DNA of 64,000 nt from Candidatus Yanofskybacteria bacterium (lineage in GTDB: Bacteria > Patescibacteriota > Minisyncoccia > 2-02-FULL-40-12 > GWA2-44-9). The stretch lies in contig PLYL01000024.1 in the NCBI GenBank assembly GCA_003151795.1, positions 4,953 through 68,952 on the forward strand. Reading direction: 5' to 3'. This document shows positions 31,798-41,219 of the stretch, in pieces; the stretch's first letter is position 1; every line of letters begins with the position of its first letter. A model generated the notes under the pieces. It was not told where the DNA came from, searched no databases, and saw only the letters and a program-made list of their open reading frames with translations. The translations under genes were made by a program, and so were the position numbers.

Positions 31798-32056
31798 TTT
31801 AAATCAAATGCCAGCCAGAATAATAAAATCGTTGCCAATGCCGGAAAGAGGATATCATCACAGAGAACATAGGTCTCGGAAAAGTAAAAAAGGACAGAAT
31901 ACTAAGCGTAAAAGAGAGGACCGACTTAAAAAGCTTATGGCTAAAGAACTACGGGATAAGGAATTTCTAAAAAGATTTCGACGGAAAAGGGCAATGTTAG
32001 TAAATAACTATACCAACAGCGAGATTCTTACAACAAATATAAATCAACTAATATGA
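31739..32056 (+). CDS. Small highly basic (Lys/Arg-rich) protein; start uncertain
   Basis: The frame overlaps the GHKL gene start by 4 bp. The sequence HHREHRSRKSKKGQNTKRKREDRLKK suggests nucleic-acid binding. Confidence 0.3.
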   Translation: MEKSPATYLLNYMIGLKIINLNQMPARIIKSLPMPERGYHHREHRSRKSKKGQNTKRKREDRLKKLMAKELRDKEFLKRFRRKRAMLVNNYTNSEILTTNINQLI

Positions 32057-33555
32057 CAAAAATAAAAGAACAATTTCATCCTGGTATAAAATATGCGCTA
32101 TCTTCTAATTTTAGAAATTGGAAAGAAGCAATACTCGAACTTCTTGATAACGCTGTCTCCGATCGTATTATGGGAGTCCCTCTTCAAGTTTCAGTTCTTA
32201 TTGGTCCCGAATTAATTGAAATTGAGAATTTAGGAGGAGTAGCGATGAATCCGGAGAAGATGGGCCAAATGTTTTCATGGGGCGAGCAGAAGGATCGACA
32301 GGCATGGGATATCGGTGCCTATGGGCAAGGGGGTAAGGCAGCCATGACTTACCTAGGAAATGAGATGGAAATCATTTCTTCTCCTCGGTTGGATGACGTT
32401 GAGTATTCTATCAAGGACGCCAACTTGCATGATATCTCCCAACTTAAGGAATATGACGTCCAAGAACGTAATGCTAAAAATTACGACCAAGGCTATGTCA
32501 GAATTTCATTACGTCAATTACGTCGTAGGGTTAAGGGAGAAGAAGTTGAAGATATTGTCTGTGAGTATTATAGACCACTTATAGAGAGAAAAGAAATCCA
32601 AGTTACAGTCAATGGAAAAGATATTAAGCTTAAGAATTTTCCGTTAGACCCGGAATTTAATCCTCAGTCATTTGAAATCAAAACCGTGCGTGATGATGGG
32701 AGAAAGATAGAAGTTAGGGGCTGGATCGGTCGATTGCAATCACGAAGCGGATTACGTGGTGGTTTTAGGGTATATAAACTTGGTCGGTTAATTACATCAC
32801 AGGAATACTTTGGCAAACCAGATGCTAACTACAAACAGTCGTTGAATCTTCTTTTTGGTGAAGTCCATCTTGATTATGTAACCGTAACAACAAATAAAAC
32901 CAGCTTTGATCAGGGTTCGATAGGATGGCAGTCGGCACTTACTGCTATTAGTCCTATTCTTGATCCTTATATCAACGATCTCCTTGGCCGTGATATCAAA
33001 GAACCTACAGACGAAGAAAAAGATAAGGTCGAACAAACACGTCAGATATTAGCTGAGATTATGAAACAACGCGACATGCAATTAAAGGGTATAAGCGGGG
33101 CTCCAGATTCAACTGGTCAGAAACCACCAGTACGCAATGAGGATCCTACTCCTCGGGTCCATAATAATCATACGGACCGTAAGAATGAACCACGAACACC
33201 GCCCCCGGCTGGTGCGATTGGAAAACGTCGCCGTCTTAATGAATTTATTGACATGGAACCACGAGCAATTGATGAGAATGTTCGAAGCGTCGTAGAAGTA
33301 ATCAATGATGGTAAGAAAAAGTTAGTCATCAATAATCAATTTCCTGGATATAAAGCTAATAAGGATAACGATAAGGCCAACGGTTTCTATTTACTCGAGA
33401 CTGCCGCATTGCAGCTCTGTAAAATTGATGGCGATAATAAATTAACTGCCAGTGAATTTATTATTCAGTTCGATGAATTGTTAGCATATTGTTGTGAAAA
33501 CTTTGAATTAGCAAAGGATGCTATTAAAAAGAGAAATGCCACTAGAAAGAAGTAA
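32053..33555 (+). CDS. GHKL-superfamily ATPase (HATPase_c_3 / MORC-Hsp90-like Bergerat fold) protein
   Basis: N-box ELLDNAVSD, G1-like ENLGGVAMNPEKM, and G2 box IGAYGQGGKAAMTYLG. 500 aa with a low-complexity basic linker and a C-terminal domain of unknown function. Confidence 0.55.
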   Translation: MTKIKEQFHPGIKYALSSNFRNWKEAILELLDNAVSDRIMGVPLQVSVLIGPELIEIENLGGVAMNPEKMGQMFSWGEQKDRQAWDIGAYGQGGKAAMTYLGNEMEIISSPRLDDVEYSIKDANLHDISQLKEYDVQERNAKNYDQGYVRISLRQLRRRVKGEEVEDIVCEYYRPLIERKEIQVTVNGKDIKLKNFPLDPEFNPQSFEIKTVRDDGRKIEVRGWIGRLQSRSGLRGGFRVYKLGRLITSQEYFGKPDANYKQSLNLLFGEVHLDYVTVTTNKTSFDQGSIGWQSALTAISPILDPYINDLLGRDIKEPTDEEKDKVEQTRQILAEIMKQRDMQLKGISGAPDSTGQKPPVRNEDPTPRVHNNHTDRKNEPRTPPPAGAIGKRRRLNEFIDMEPRAIDENVRSVVEVINDGKKKLVINNQFPGYKANKDNDKANGFYLLETAALQLCKIDGDNKLTASEFIIQFDELLAYCCENFELAKDAIKKRNATRKK

Positions 33556-34723
33556 ATTTATTGACCAATATTATATCAGTAATAAAAACATGAAAATAAC
33601 CTCAGACGATATTAAAAATCCAATGGACTTCACAAAGATTAAGAAGTTCAAAAAACCATTAAAGATTTTGGCCATAATAGCCGGCGTGCTTGTTGGCTTT
33701 TATATATCCTTGATAATTATCGGCCTTACCGCCTCCGGCGTCAGCGATTTTTGGAGTAGCATCTATTGGTCGTCATATTTCTGCGGACCGAAGAATATCT
33801 CCGATGCCGCAAACGGTGTTGTGAAAATAACCATGAGTGATGGTAGTAGCGGAAGCGGTTTCTGGATAGCTCAAGATCTAGTTCTTACTAATAACCATGT
33901 CATAAGTTTTGAGAATGGTATTCAGGTTATTGATGATGAAGGTACTACGTATGATGCAGTAGCGGTTCAGACAGACACAATAAAGGACTTGGCTATTTTA
34001 AAGATATCCGCGCTCGATGTGCCCGATCATGAACATTACATTATCCCAATGCGCTCTCGTTGGCCGGTTCTTGCTGAAAACGTCTATACGCTCGGTTTTC
34101 CCGGAGATAGCAAAACCATAGTCACAACAAAAGGTATTGTATCTGCTCTGACCCACACTCCCATTGAAGATACAAAAATAATTCAAACCGACGCCGCTAT
34201 AAATCCCGGTAATTCAGGTGGGCCGTTGGTTGATGTATGCGGTCGAATGGTTGGTATTAATTCTTCAACTGCCACGGGTTCTGAAAATGTCGGATATTCA
34301 ATTGAGACGGTCCGTATCAGTGATACGATCGGTAATATGATTTCTCTAGGCGAGAATATCACCAGTGCCCGGTTGGCTAGCGGTCAGACTGGCGATACAG
34401 CTGAAATCGTCGCGAAATACTACGACGCTTTAAACCAAGGAAATTTTGAAACCGCCTATGATTTCTATTCCCCAACCCTTAAATCTAGAACTCCCTTTAA
34501 TGGTTGGAAGAAAAATTACGACAACAGTTCTATTATTAAAGTTAAGTCTGCCGTGGAAACATCACCAACTCAGGTCGAAGTGGTTGTTGTGACTATTGAT
34601 AACCCGGACGGAGATTCTACCACGAAAGAGTTTAAGGGTACCTGGTCGTTGGTTAATGAAAATGGGGTCTTAAAATTGAACCAATCAAATATCAGCGAAA
34701 TCCCGGTTGAGAATTTTAATTAA
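33518..34723 (+). CDS. Membrane-anchored trypsin-like (S1, HtrA/DegP-type without PDZ) serine protease with an NTF2-like C-terminal domain
   Basis: N-terminal transmembrane anchor, catalytic Ser motif GNSGGPLVD, a His region LTNNHVI, and an Asp near DLAILK. Overlaps the GHKL gene by 38 bp. Confidence 0.7.
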   Translation: MLLKREMPLERSKFIDQYYISNKNMKITSDDIKNPMDFTKIKKFKKPLKILAIIAGVLVGFYISLIIIGLTASGVSDFWSSIYWSSYFCGPKNISDAANGVVKITMSDGSSGSGFWIAQDLVLTNNHVISFENGIQVIDDEGTTYDAVAVQTDTIKDLAILKISALDVPDHEHYIIPMRSRWPVLAENVYTLGFPGDSKTIVTTKGIVSALTHTPIEDTKIIQTDAAINPGNSGGPLVDVCGRMVGINSSTATGSENVGYSIETVRISDTIGNMISLGENITSARLASGQTGDTAEIVAKYYDALNQGNFETAYDFYSPTLKSRTPFNGWKKNYDNSSIIKVKSAVETSPTQVEVVVVTIDNPDGDSTTKEFKGTWSLVNENGVLKLNQSNISEIPVENFN

Positions 34724-34919
34724 TCTGGACCCGGGGTATAATAGTATAATGTTTATTTTTCTTATCGGTTTATTCTGCTTCCTGCTGGTTATAGGATTTT
34801 TTGCCACGAAAGGTCGGTCTCCTTTGTCTTTTGCTGTTATGGGCATGGTCGCCCTGGCGGCTTTGGCTTTCGTAGTATTTATTGGAATGATAATTTATGT
34901 CCTCCTCTCTGCTCATTAA
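34707..34919 (+). CDS. Small two-transmembrane membrane protein
   Basis: 70 aa and almost entirely hydrophobic; overlaps the protease stop. Confidence 0.35.
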   Translation: MRILINLDPGYNSIMFIFLIGLFCFLLVIGFFATKGRSPLSFAVMGMVALAALAFVVFIGMIIYVLLSAH

Positions 34920-35068
34920 ATAGTGCGTGGCAGTGTAGGATAAGTTGAGCACTTAAGGCATCTGTGCTACTATGGCCGTAACAATGCAATCCCAATCGTT
35001 TAGACAATAATCCGCCTCAAGAAGAACCATATATTATTTATGGGGCTTCTGGACGGATTTTTGTTTTT

Positions 35069-35139
35069 GCCTTTGTAGCTCATCGATAGAGCACTCCTCT
35101 GAAAAGGGAGAGAAGAAGGTTCAACTCCTTCCAAAGGCA
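35069..35139 (+). tRNA. tRNA-Phe(GAA), no encoded CCA
   Basis: Acceptor GCCTTTG/CAAAGGC, D-arm GCTC..GAGC, anticodon loop CTGAAAA, T-arm GAAGG-TTCAACT-CCTTC, and A73. Confidence 0.75.
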
Positions 35140-35142
35140 CAC

Positions 35143-35215
35143 GCCCTCGTAGCTTAATGGATAAAGTACCTCTGTTCTAATGAGGAAGATGTGGGTTCAA
35201 GTCCTGCCGAGGGCA
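35143..35215 (+). tRNA. tRNA-Arg(TCT) (slightly irregular; possibly degenerate)
   Basis: Acceptor GCCCTCG/CGAGGGC, anticodon loop GTTCTAA, and a T-loop TTCAAGT. It has a U-U at the 31-39 pair and two wobbles in the T stem. Confidence 0.55.
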
Positions 35216-35225
35216 CAAAAAGATT

Positions 35226-35663
35226 TCAAATCTCCAAGATCGAAGACTCATCCTGTTTCTGCCATTTATCAAAAGGCGGCGCTACCTTGCAACTAAGTTT
35301 TCTATCTTTCAGTGTCATATCCATCAGCATAGCTGTAACCAGTCCTCGTTTCTCCTCTGTATTAGCCAGACGGAGCGCTACTGCGGGCATGCCCATTAAA
35401 TCTACAATATGTTCTTCTCTGCTTTTCTCTGGTTGCGGCGGCTTTGTAATGTCATAGCCGAGGGCTATGAGGACTTCAAATTTCTTTACTAATAGTTCAG
35501 GGTTTCCTTCTGCAAGACTGCGAGTTTCCTTATACACCCGATCGTATATATGAGATACCGTGGTCATATAGTTCTTGAGCCTCAATTCTGCCTCAAAGAA
35601 CTCCCGATCGGACATATCGGGCATAAGCTCTCGCAACGACTTTTGTGGAGGTTGGTCTTTCAT
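35226..35663 (-). CDS. Hypothetical protein
   Basis: 145-aa ORF at the start of the phage-like block. Confidence 0.35.
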   Translation of the reverse strand: MKDQPPQKSLRELMPDMSDREFFEAELRLKNYMTTVSHIYDRVYKETRSLAEGNPELLVKKFEVLIALGYDITKPPQPEKSREEHIVDLMGMPAVALRLANTEEKRGLVTAMLMDMTLKDRKLSCKVAPPFDKWQKQDESSILEI

Positions 35664-35991
35664 GCCCCTGTTTTAGCAAATTGGATATTTTTGTCCATAG
35701 TATCCATTTCTAGAACTCTCAGAATGTCGCTGTCGGTAACTCAGACTTCGCAAGGCCTTCAACTTAAGTTAGAGTGGACGCCAAGGTCGATAAATGGTAC
35801 AGTTTCCTTACAATTAACCGTTACCTAACCCCATCAATATCCTTGCTGGGCATGGTACAAAAACCCCGATGAAGACACTGAACCCCGCGTTCAGCAACTC
35901 TTCATCGGGTCATACCGGGAAACTGGTATGGGGCCGCAAGGCCTAGCTAATGCGGGGTTTTGTGTTTTCGCAAATCCTCGCTATATGAAAA

Positions 35992-36900
35992 ATGGAACAA
36001 GCAAAAAATTGGTGGAGTCGTTATTGGGTACCGGTGGTATTTTTTGGCACAATCATATTATTTATCATCGGTATTGCTGAAAATTCGGGGAACTCATCCA
36101 GTAGTAATATACCCGTTGCCGTCACCCCGCCGTCAGTATGTTCAGAATCTGAATCCAACGTTTTACAGCAAGCCAAGGCAATAGATTTCAAACAGCTTAA
36201 TAAAGACCCAGGTAGTTTTAGTGGACAAGTTACAAAATTTACTGGTCAAGTGGTACAGGTTCAAGAAAATGGTCAGATAGGTGTCATGCGGTTGGCCGTT
36301 ACCAAAGAATCATATGGTTGGAGCCCGAGCGATATTATTTGGGTTGATTATTCTGGTCACAGTGATGCAGTACAAGACGATGTTGTTACGGTAATTGGTC
36401 CTATGACCGGGTCAAAGACTTATACTTCGCAAGCTAATTATCAGATCACCATTCCCAGCATGACCGGTTGCTATATTGACACCCAGAATGGTAAGGCAAC
36501 CACTACTCCAGTAGTAACTCAAAAAAGCAGTTCAAAAAACCAATCTGTTCCAGCTCCGGTATCAGCCTCAGTTCCGACTCCAACTCCAGTACCCGCACCT
36601 CCGGCGACATGGCACACGGTAACGAGTTTTGTAACAGATGTTCAAACTAAGACACCGCCATTCACTATGAGAGGTCAAGAATGGAGAATTACCTATAGTT
36701 GTACATCAACCCAAAGCGTTAATGGATTTTATGGATATGTCGATTCAGTCGCTACTGGATATGGAGATTCTTTTGCAACAGATGTCACCTGTCCGGCTAG
36801 TAATACTTCCTATTCATATGCCCAAACTCCGGGTCAATACTATTTTGACCTTGAACCAGTAGCCGCCTCGGTTACGGTAACTATTGAAGATCTATATTAA
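35992..36900 (+). CDS. Secreted or membrane-anchored protein with Thr/Pro/Ser-rich linker
   Basis: N-terminal transmembrane or signal anchor and a TTTPVVTQKSSSKNQSVPAPVSASVPTPTPVPAPP linker. Confidence 0.45.
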   Translation: MEQAKNWWSRYWVPVVFFGTIILFIIGIAENSGNSSSSNIPVAVTPPSVCSESESNVLQQAKAIDFKQLNKDPGSFSGQVTKFTGQVVQVQENGQIGVMRLAVTKESYGWSPSDIIWVDYSGHSDAVQDDVVTVIGPMTGSKTYTSQANYQITIPSMTGCYIDTQNGKATTTPVVTQKSSSKNQSVPAPVSASVPTPTPVPAPPATWHTVTSFVTDVQTKTPPFTMRGQEWRITYSCTSTQSVNGFYGYVDSVATGYGDSFATDVTCPASNTSYSYAQTPGQYYFDLEPVAASVTVTIEDLY

Positions 36901-36950
36901 AAAAATAAGATTCGAGATGAAATCTATTTTCTAAGTCAATTCTGAATCTT

Positions 36951-38717
36951 TCACCATCTGCCGCCACTCCCACCGCCTCGCTTATATGGCGCCATCATTT
37001 GACTGAAGTTAGACCGCTCGTATTCACTTTCCAACTGCTGGCCCAAATCGGCTTCTTTCTCGTTTTTTGGTCCCGAGGCCAAAGGGGTATATGTCTTGGA
37101 TGGCACGATTATACGGTTAGCTACATTGTCCCGCCCTTCAGAGAAGGCAAACCAGAGGGCCATAAGACTGTCACCGGTATGCCCATCCGGATATGCCCTC
37201 ATCTCATTCACTAGCTTAGTGATTAATTGTCTCGTTCTCATATCATTGCTATTCGGTAAAACAAGCTTGCCTTGGGAGAGCAAGACGGCCAAGCTATTCA
37301 CTCCGATGTCAGGGTCGTTCTTCTCACCGCCGGTCGTATAGCTGGTAACCGAAATACCCATATCGTCCAGGTCACGGCACATCATTTCCTGGTAACCGAC
37401 AGACTCCACACGGATGCCAATCGGTTTGACGGTCTCATCGTGTTTCAGGACGCGTTCTCGTACCTCATTGGGTAGAAACTTACCGCGCTCGATATTACGG
37501 ATGACATAATCTCCAGGGTTGATCTCACCATTACCAGTCCGTACTCGATCGAGACTGAGAATAACGGTGTCATCGGCCCAGGCCTTTTGAGAGATGGCTA
37601 AGTCTATGCCAGTAACGGTGTATTCACATTCATACTCTTTGCGTGGTTCATCTTGCAACATCAGATCCTTGCCTTTTTGAAGCGCCTTTTCGATTTCACT
37701 TTCCAAAAATTTCTGATTCGGCCGGATTGAGGGGTCGCATTGATACATACGAGCGAATGAGTACGGATTGCCGACTCGCTTCAAATATAAGTCTTGATAC
37801 GAGAACATTTCCGGCCACAAAACTTCGACGCCTTCATCCATTTCCTTCTTGTGTCCCGTATAAAACGCCATCGCTTGTACACTTTTTTCCTCTGGTGTCA
37901 GTGTCTCGTCAAGATGGATGCCGGCCCATTGTTCCCAAAGATCCTGCCGACTGGCTTCACGCGTAATCGCCGATAGGCGCTTGCGAACGTCAAACTGGGG
38001 ATCTTTAAGCAGATTACTGATCAAATCATCCATGTGCCACGTGTTACCGAGGTATATCAACTTGCCACCGGGTACGAGTACCGGCATCAGGGTCGTATAT
38101 ACCCAATCCTTGATTTTTTGCCGCTGTTCCTCGGTGGTCGAGTTTTCCTGATTCACTAAATCGTCCATGACGATGATGTCAGCCCGGCGTGATAAGATGG
38201 AGCCGAACAGCCCGACGGCATTAATGGTCGGGTCTTTGAGGGCAAAGTTATCACGCTCAATGACGATTGAATCTCGAGCCCAATTCTCTTCGCGTCGCTG
38301 ATACCGGCGAAGTCTGGGCATCACGCCTTTACCGGTTGGATCAATAGCCTTGGCCCAGACTTGGTATTTTTTATTGCGCTCGATGTGGCTGATCGTTTCC
38401 GACAAAAATCTTTGGGCCATCTCGGCAGTGCCGGAGACCAAGAGGATGCGGACATTATGGTTTTTGGCAATCTCCCATAATGGATAGGCCACAGAGAGAT
38501 GGGTAGACTTGCCATGGCCGCGCGGCATGGCGATGCAGAGCTTTTTATTAATCTTGTTTGATAAATAATCGTCCAGCTCGTTGTGAAACGGAGCGTTTTC
38601 TAGCCCGATAACTTCCGAAGTAAAAATTCGGAAGTTATCGGCTACGAGTTGCAAAAACTCGGCTAACTTTTTGATGTCTTTAGGGTTGCTCATGTTCGTT
38701 TGACGTGTCCGGTTCAA
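36951..38717 (-). CDS. terL: Phage terminase large subunit (ATPase plus nuclease)
   Basis: Walker A (MPRGHGKST), Walker B (DIIVMDD), and a C-terminal RNaseH-like nuclease region; 588 aa. Confidence 0.8.
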   Translation of the reverse strand: MNRTRQTNMSNPKDIKKLAEFLQLVADNFRIFTSEVIGLENAPFHNELDDYLSNKINKKLCIAMPRGHGKSTHLSVAYPLWEIAKNHNVRILLVSGTAEMAQRFLSETISHIERNKKYQVWAKAIDPTGKGVMPRLRRYQRREENWARDSIVIERDNFALKDPTINAVGLFGSILSRRADIIVMDDLVNQENSTTEEQRQKIKDWVYTTLMPVLVPGGKLIYLGNTWHMDDLISNLLKDPQFDVRKRLSAITREASRQDLWEQWAGIHLDETLTPEEKSVQAMAFYTGHKKEMDEGVEVLWPEMFSYQDLYLKRVGNPYSFARMYQCDPSIRPNQKFLESEIEKALQKGKDLMLQDEPRKEYECEYTVTGIDLAISQKAWADDTVILSLDRVRTGNGEINPGDYVIRNIERGKFLPNEVRERVLKHDETVKPIGIRVESVGYQEMMCRDLDDMGISVTSYTTGGEKNDPDIGVNSLAVLLSQGKLVLPNSNDMRTRQLITKLVNEMRAYPDGHTGDSLMALWFAFSEGRDNVANRIIVPSKTYTPLASGPKNEKEADLGQQLESEYERSNFSQMMAPYKRGGGSGGRW

Positions 38718-39093
38718 GCAGTTTTTCCGTGTCTGGCTTCAATTTCCCAAAGAGTTCAACATAAAGGTTATTGTCCTCATCTTGAGCAATGGTCAGCGCG
38801 GACTGGAAAACCTTTTGCTTGTAATCCGAATGTTTATTTTTCAGCCAAAAAATTATGGCCGTGAGGTTGCCGTTTTTGATTGCGGTCAACAACTGCGATT
38901 CCGAGATGTCATTTACTAGTGCCTCTCCTTCAGTCAATGCTTGGTCGGCCGCTTTTCGGAATTCGACATCCTCTGACTTCCATCGGTAAAAGGTCATGCG
39001 GGATATCTCGGCCTTCTGACACGCCGCTTCAATAATCGGCGATTTTCGTAGCTGGTCTAAAATAATCTGCTTGATTCGGTCTACTTTTTTCAT
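38680..39093 (-). CDS. HTH protein, likely terminase small subunit
   Basis: 137 aa directly upstream of and overlapping terL, with an N-terminal HTH (EAACQKAEISRMTFYRWK). Confidence 0.5.
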   Translation of the reverse strand: MKKVDRIKQIILDQLRKSPIIEAACQKAEISRMTFYRWKSEDVEFRKAADQALTEGEALVNDISESQLLTAIKNGNLTAIIFWLKNKHSDYKQKVFQSALTIAQDEDNNLYVELFGKLKPDTEKLLEPDTSNEHEQP

Positions 39094-39872
39094 AGTTGTT
39101 TGGCCTTAAGGCCGGTTAGCTCTTCCCAGCGGCGAATCGCGGTCAGGCAATATTCCAAATCAAGTTCAACCGCACAACAGCGGCGTTTCGTTTGCTCACA
39201 AGCCAAGAGGGCGGTGCCGCTACCAAGGAAGCCGTCAAATACGACCTCGCTGATGTTCGTACTATTAAGTATGAGTCGCCGAATCAGTCCGATCGGTTTA
39301 GTGGTTGGGTGGAGCTTGCTTTTGGCGGGTTTGGGATAGAACAAAACCGACTTGTCTTTTGACCGTCGGAATTGATGGACGCCGAACCAGCCGTAGAGAA
39401 TCAGCTCGTGCATCGGTGCGTAATCGAGACGACCGATGACGGCTTGGGACTTCACCCACACGATTAGTTGAGCAACCTTGAATCCGGCGTCAATCATGCC
39501 GTCCCGCAACGACCAAATCATTTTGTCAGCGTTGAACACGTAGGTGGCGTTGTGACGGGAAAGATGAGGTGCAATCGCTTCAAGCCATTGGCGATTGAAT
39601 GTCCGATATTCATCATCAGATTGAATCTGGTCGTTAGCGATGATTTTGTCTTTCACCAACGGTTGGAACCCGCGCTTACTTTCCACGACACCGATGCCGT
39701 AGGGAATGTCGCAACAAATAAGATTTATTTTCTCCTGACCGATCAATCGTGACAGCAGTTCTTTGTCTCTCGCATCGCCATACGCCAGGCGATGTTCCCC
39801 AAGTTGCCAGATGGTGCCAAGATTAATTGATTTTTCGGGCTTTGATGCCGGTGGCTTTTTCATATCTCGCAA
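39090..39872 (-). CDS. DNA methyltransferase (N6-adenine/N4-cytosine, PF01555-type)
   Basis: DPPY-type catalytic motif (DIPYG) and an AdoMet-binding segment (FDGFLGSGT). Confidence 0.8.
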   Translation of the reverse strand: MRDMKKPPASKPEKSINLGTIWQLGEHRLAYGDARDKELLSRLIGQEKINLICCDIPYGIGVVESKRGFQPLVKDKIIANDQIQSDDEYRTFNRQWLEAIAPHLSRHNATYVFNADKMIWSLRDGMIDAGFKVAQLIVWVKSQAVIGRLDYAPMHELILYGWFGVHQFRRSKDKSVLFYPKPAKSKLHPTTKPIGLIRRLILNSTNISEVVFDGFLGSGTALLACEQTKRRCCAVELDLEYCLTAIRRWEELTGLKAKQL

Positions 39873-41103
39873 TTATTAGGTCTATAAATATTGGTTCAAT
39901 CTCAGCCATGAAACAGACTCGTTTCATGGCATCGGCGGCCAGAAGCGTCGACCCGCTCCCGCCGAACAAATCCAAAATGGTGCCTCCCGGTCTGGTGCAT
40001 CGTTTAATCGGTCGCTCATGCAAATTCAAGGGCTTCTGCGTCGGGTGCTCGTACTCTTGTCCTGGCACTCTTTTCGCAAGCCACACGTCGATTAAATCCA
40101 TTACATCATCGAGGAGTTTGTTGCCCGATGGCCCCAGCTCTTTATTGAGCACTTCGCCGAAATTAAGCGACACCGGCGACAGATACGGCTTGCCACGAGT
40201 GGCGTAAACAACCGGCTCGTAACACTTCCCAAAAGCGACGGTCGGCACGGGATTGGCGGGGCCCTTAATCCAAAGACAGACGCGTCGATTATCCAAGCCA
40301 AGTTCTGAAAATAAACTTTGAATCAAGCCGATATATTTTTGGTCAGACCAATAAAATATGTGAGCGTCCGGCTTCGTCACCGAGAGAGCGTTTTCCATGG
40401 AACGTTTCAGAAATGTCCGATATTCGTCATCCGGTTTCAAATCTTGCACCGTGCCACCATATGATGCCTTGCCTCCAACCCCGGCGTTGTAGTCCAAAGA
40501 AATATTGTAGATCGGGTCGCAGTAGACCATATCAATCTTGGCATCGCCGACGAGTTTTTTAACGGTTGCCAGGTCGAGTGAGTCCGAGCAAATTAATCGG
40601 TGTGGCCCAAGCGCATAGAGATCCCCGAGCTTAGCTTTTGGTTTCTTAATCTTTTTCAGCTCGGCTTCTTCGTCCCACCCATCATTGGAAACTTCAAGCG
40701 AATCAGCAAAGATGACTGATAAGTCATTATCGTCGAACCCCGATACGAGCATGGTTTCAATATCAAAGTATTCCGAAAGCATGTCGTAGTTCCAATCCGC
40801 ATGTATACGATTCGAGGCCAGCAAATAGCTTTTATATTCCTCCTCCGTTAACGGCCGATTCGGGACGCGACAGTCGATCAGGTCGTTGCCGTTGCCCAAC
40901 AATTGAAGGGCGGCCACTCTTTGGTGACCGGCCAATATTTTCCCGTCCTGGGTCACCGCAGGTATTTCCACGAGGCCGTAACGTTTGAGCGACTGGAGGA
41001 GGTCGTTGCGTTGTTTCTCGGATAATGTTCTGGGATTTTGTTTGAACGGGAGCAGATCTTTGACCCTGCGCTGTTCCGTGTGCCATTGAAGCTGTTTTGC
41101 CAT
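39823..41103 (-). CDS. ParB-like nuclease domain fused to a DNA methyltransferase
   Basis: N-terminal ParB/Srx-like domain (LLPFKQNPR...GHQRVAA), then a DPPY-type motif (CDPIYN) and an AdoMet motif (DLFGGSGST). Confidence 0.8.
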   Translation of the reverse strand: MAKQLQWHTEQRRVKDLLPFKQNPRTLSEKQRNDLLQSLKRYGLVEIPAVTQDGKILAGHQRVAALQLLGNGNDLIDCRVPNRPLTEEEYKSYLLASNRIHADWNYDMLSEYFDIETMLVSGFDDNDLSVIFADSLEVSNDGWDEEAELKKIKKPKAKLGDLYALGPHRLICSDSLDLATVKKLVGDAKIDMVYCDPIYNISLDYNAGVGGKASYGGTVQDLKPDDEYRTFLKRSMENALSVTKPDAHIFYWSDQKYIGLIQSLFSELGLDNRRVCLWIKGPANPVPTVAFGKCYEPVVYATRGKPYLSPVSLNFGEVLNKELGPSGNKLLDDVMDLIDVWLAKRVPGQEYEHPTQKPLNLHERPIKRCTRPGGTILDLFGGSGSTLLAADAMKRVCFMAEIEPIFIDLIIARYEKATGIKARKIN

Positions 41104-41219
41104 ATGTTTTTATTAATGAGGGCCGTGTTTTAACCCTTCCCTCACTCTTTAGGGTTCGAGAATGGCAAAACGGGACATCAAAAAGCCCCGAGCGGGGCTT
41201 TAAACTTTGAGTCTAAAGT

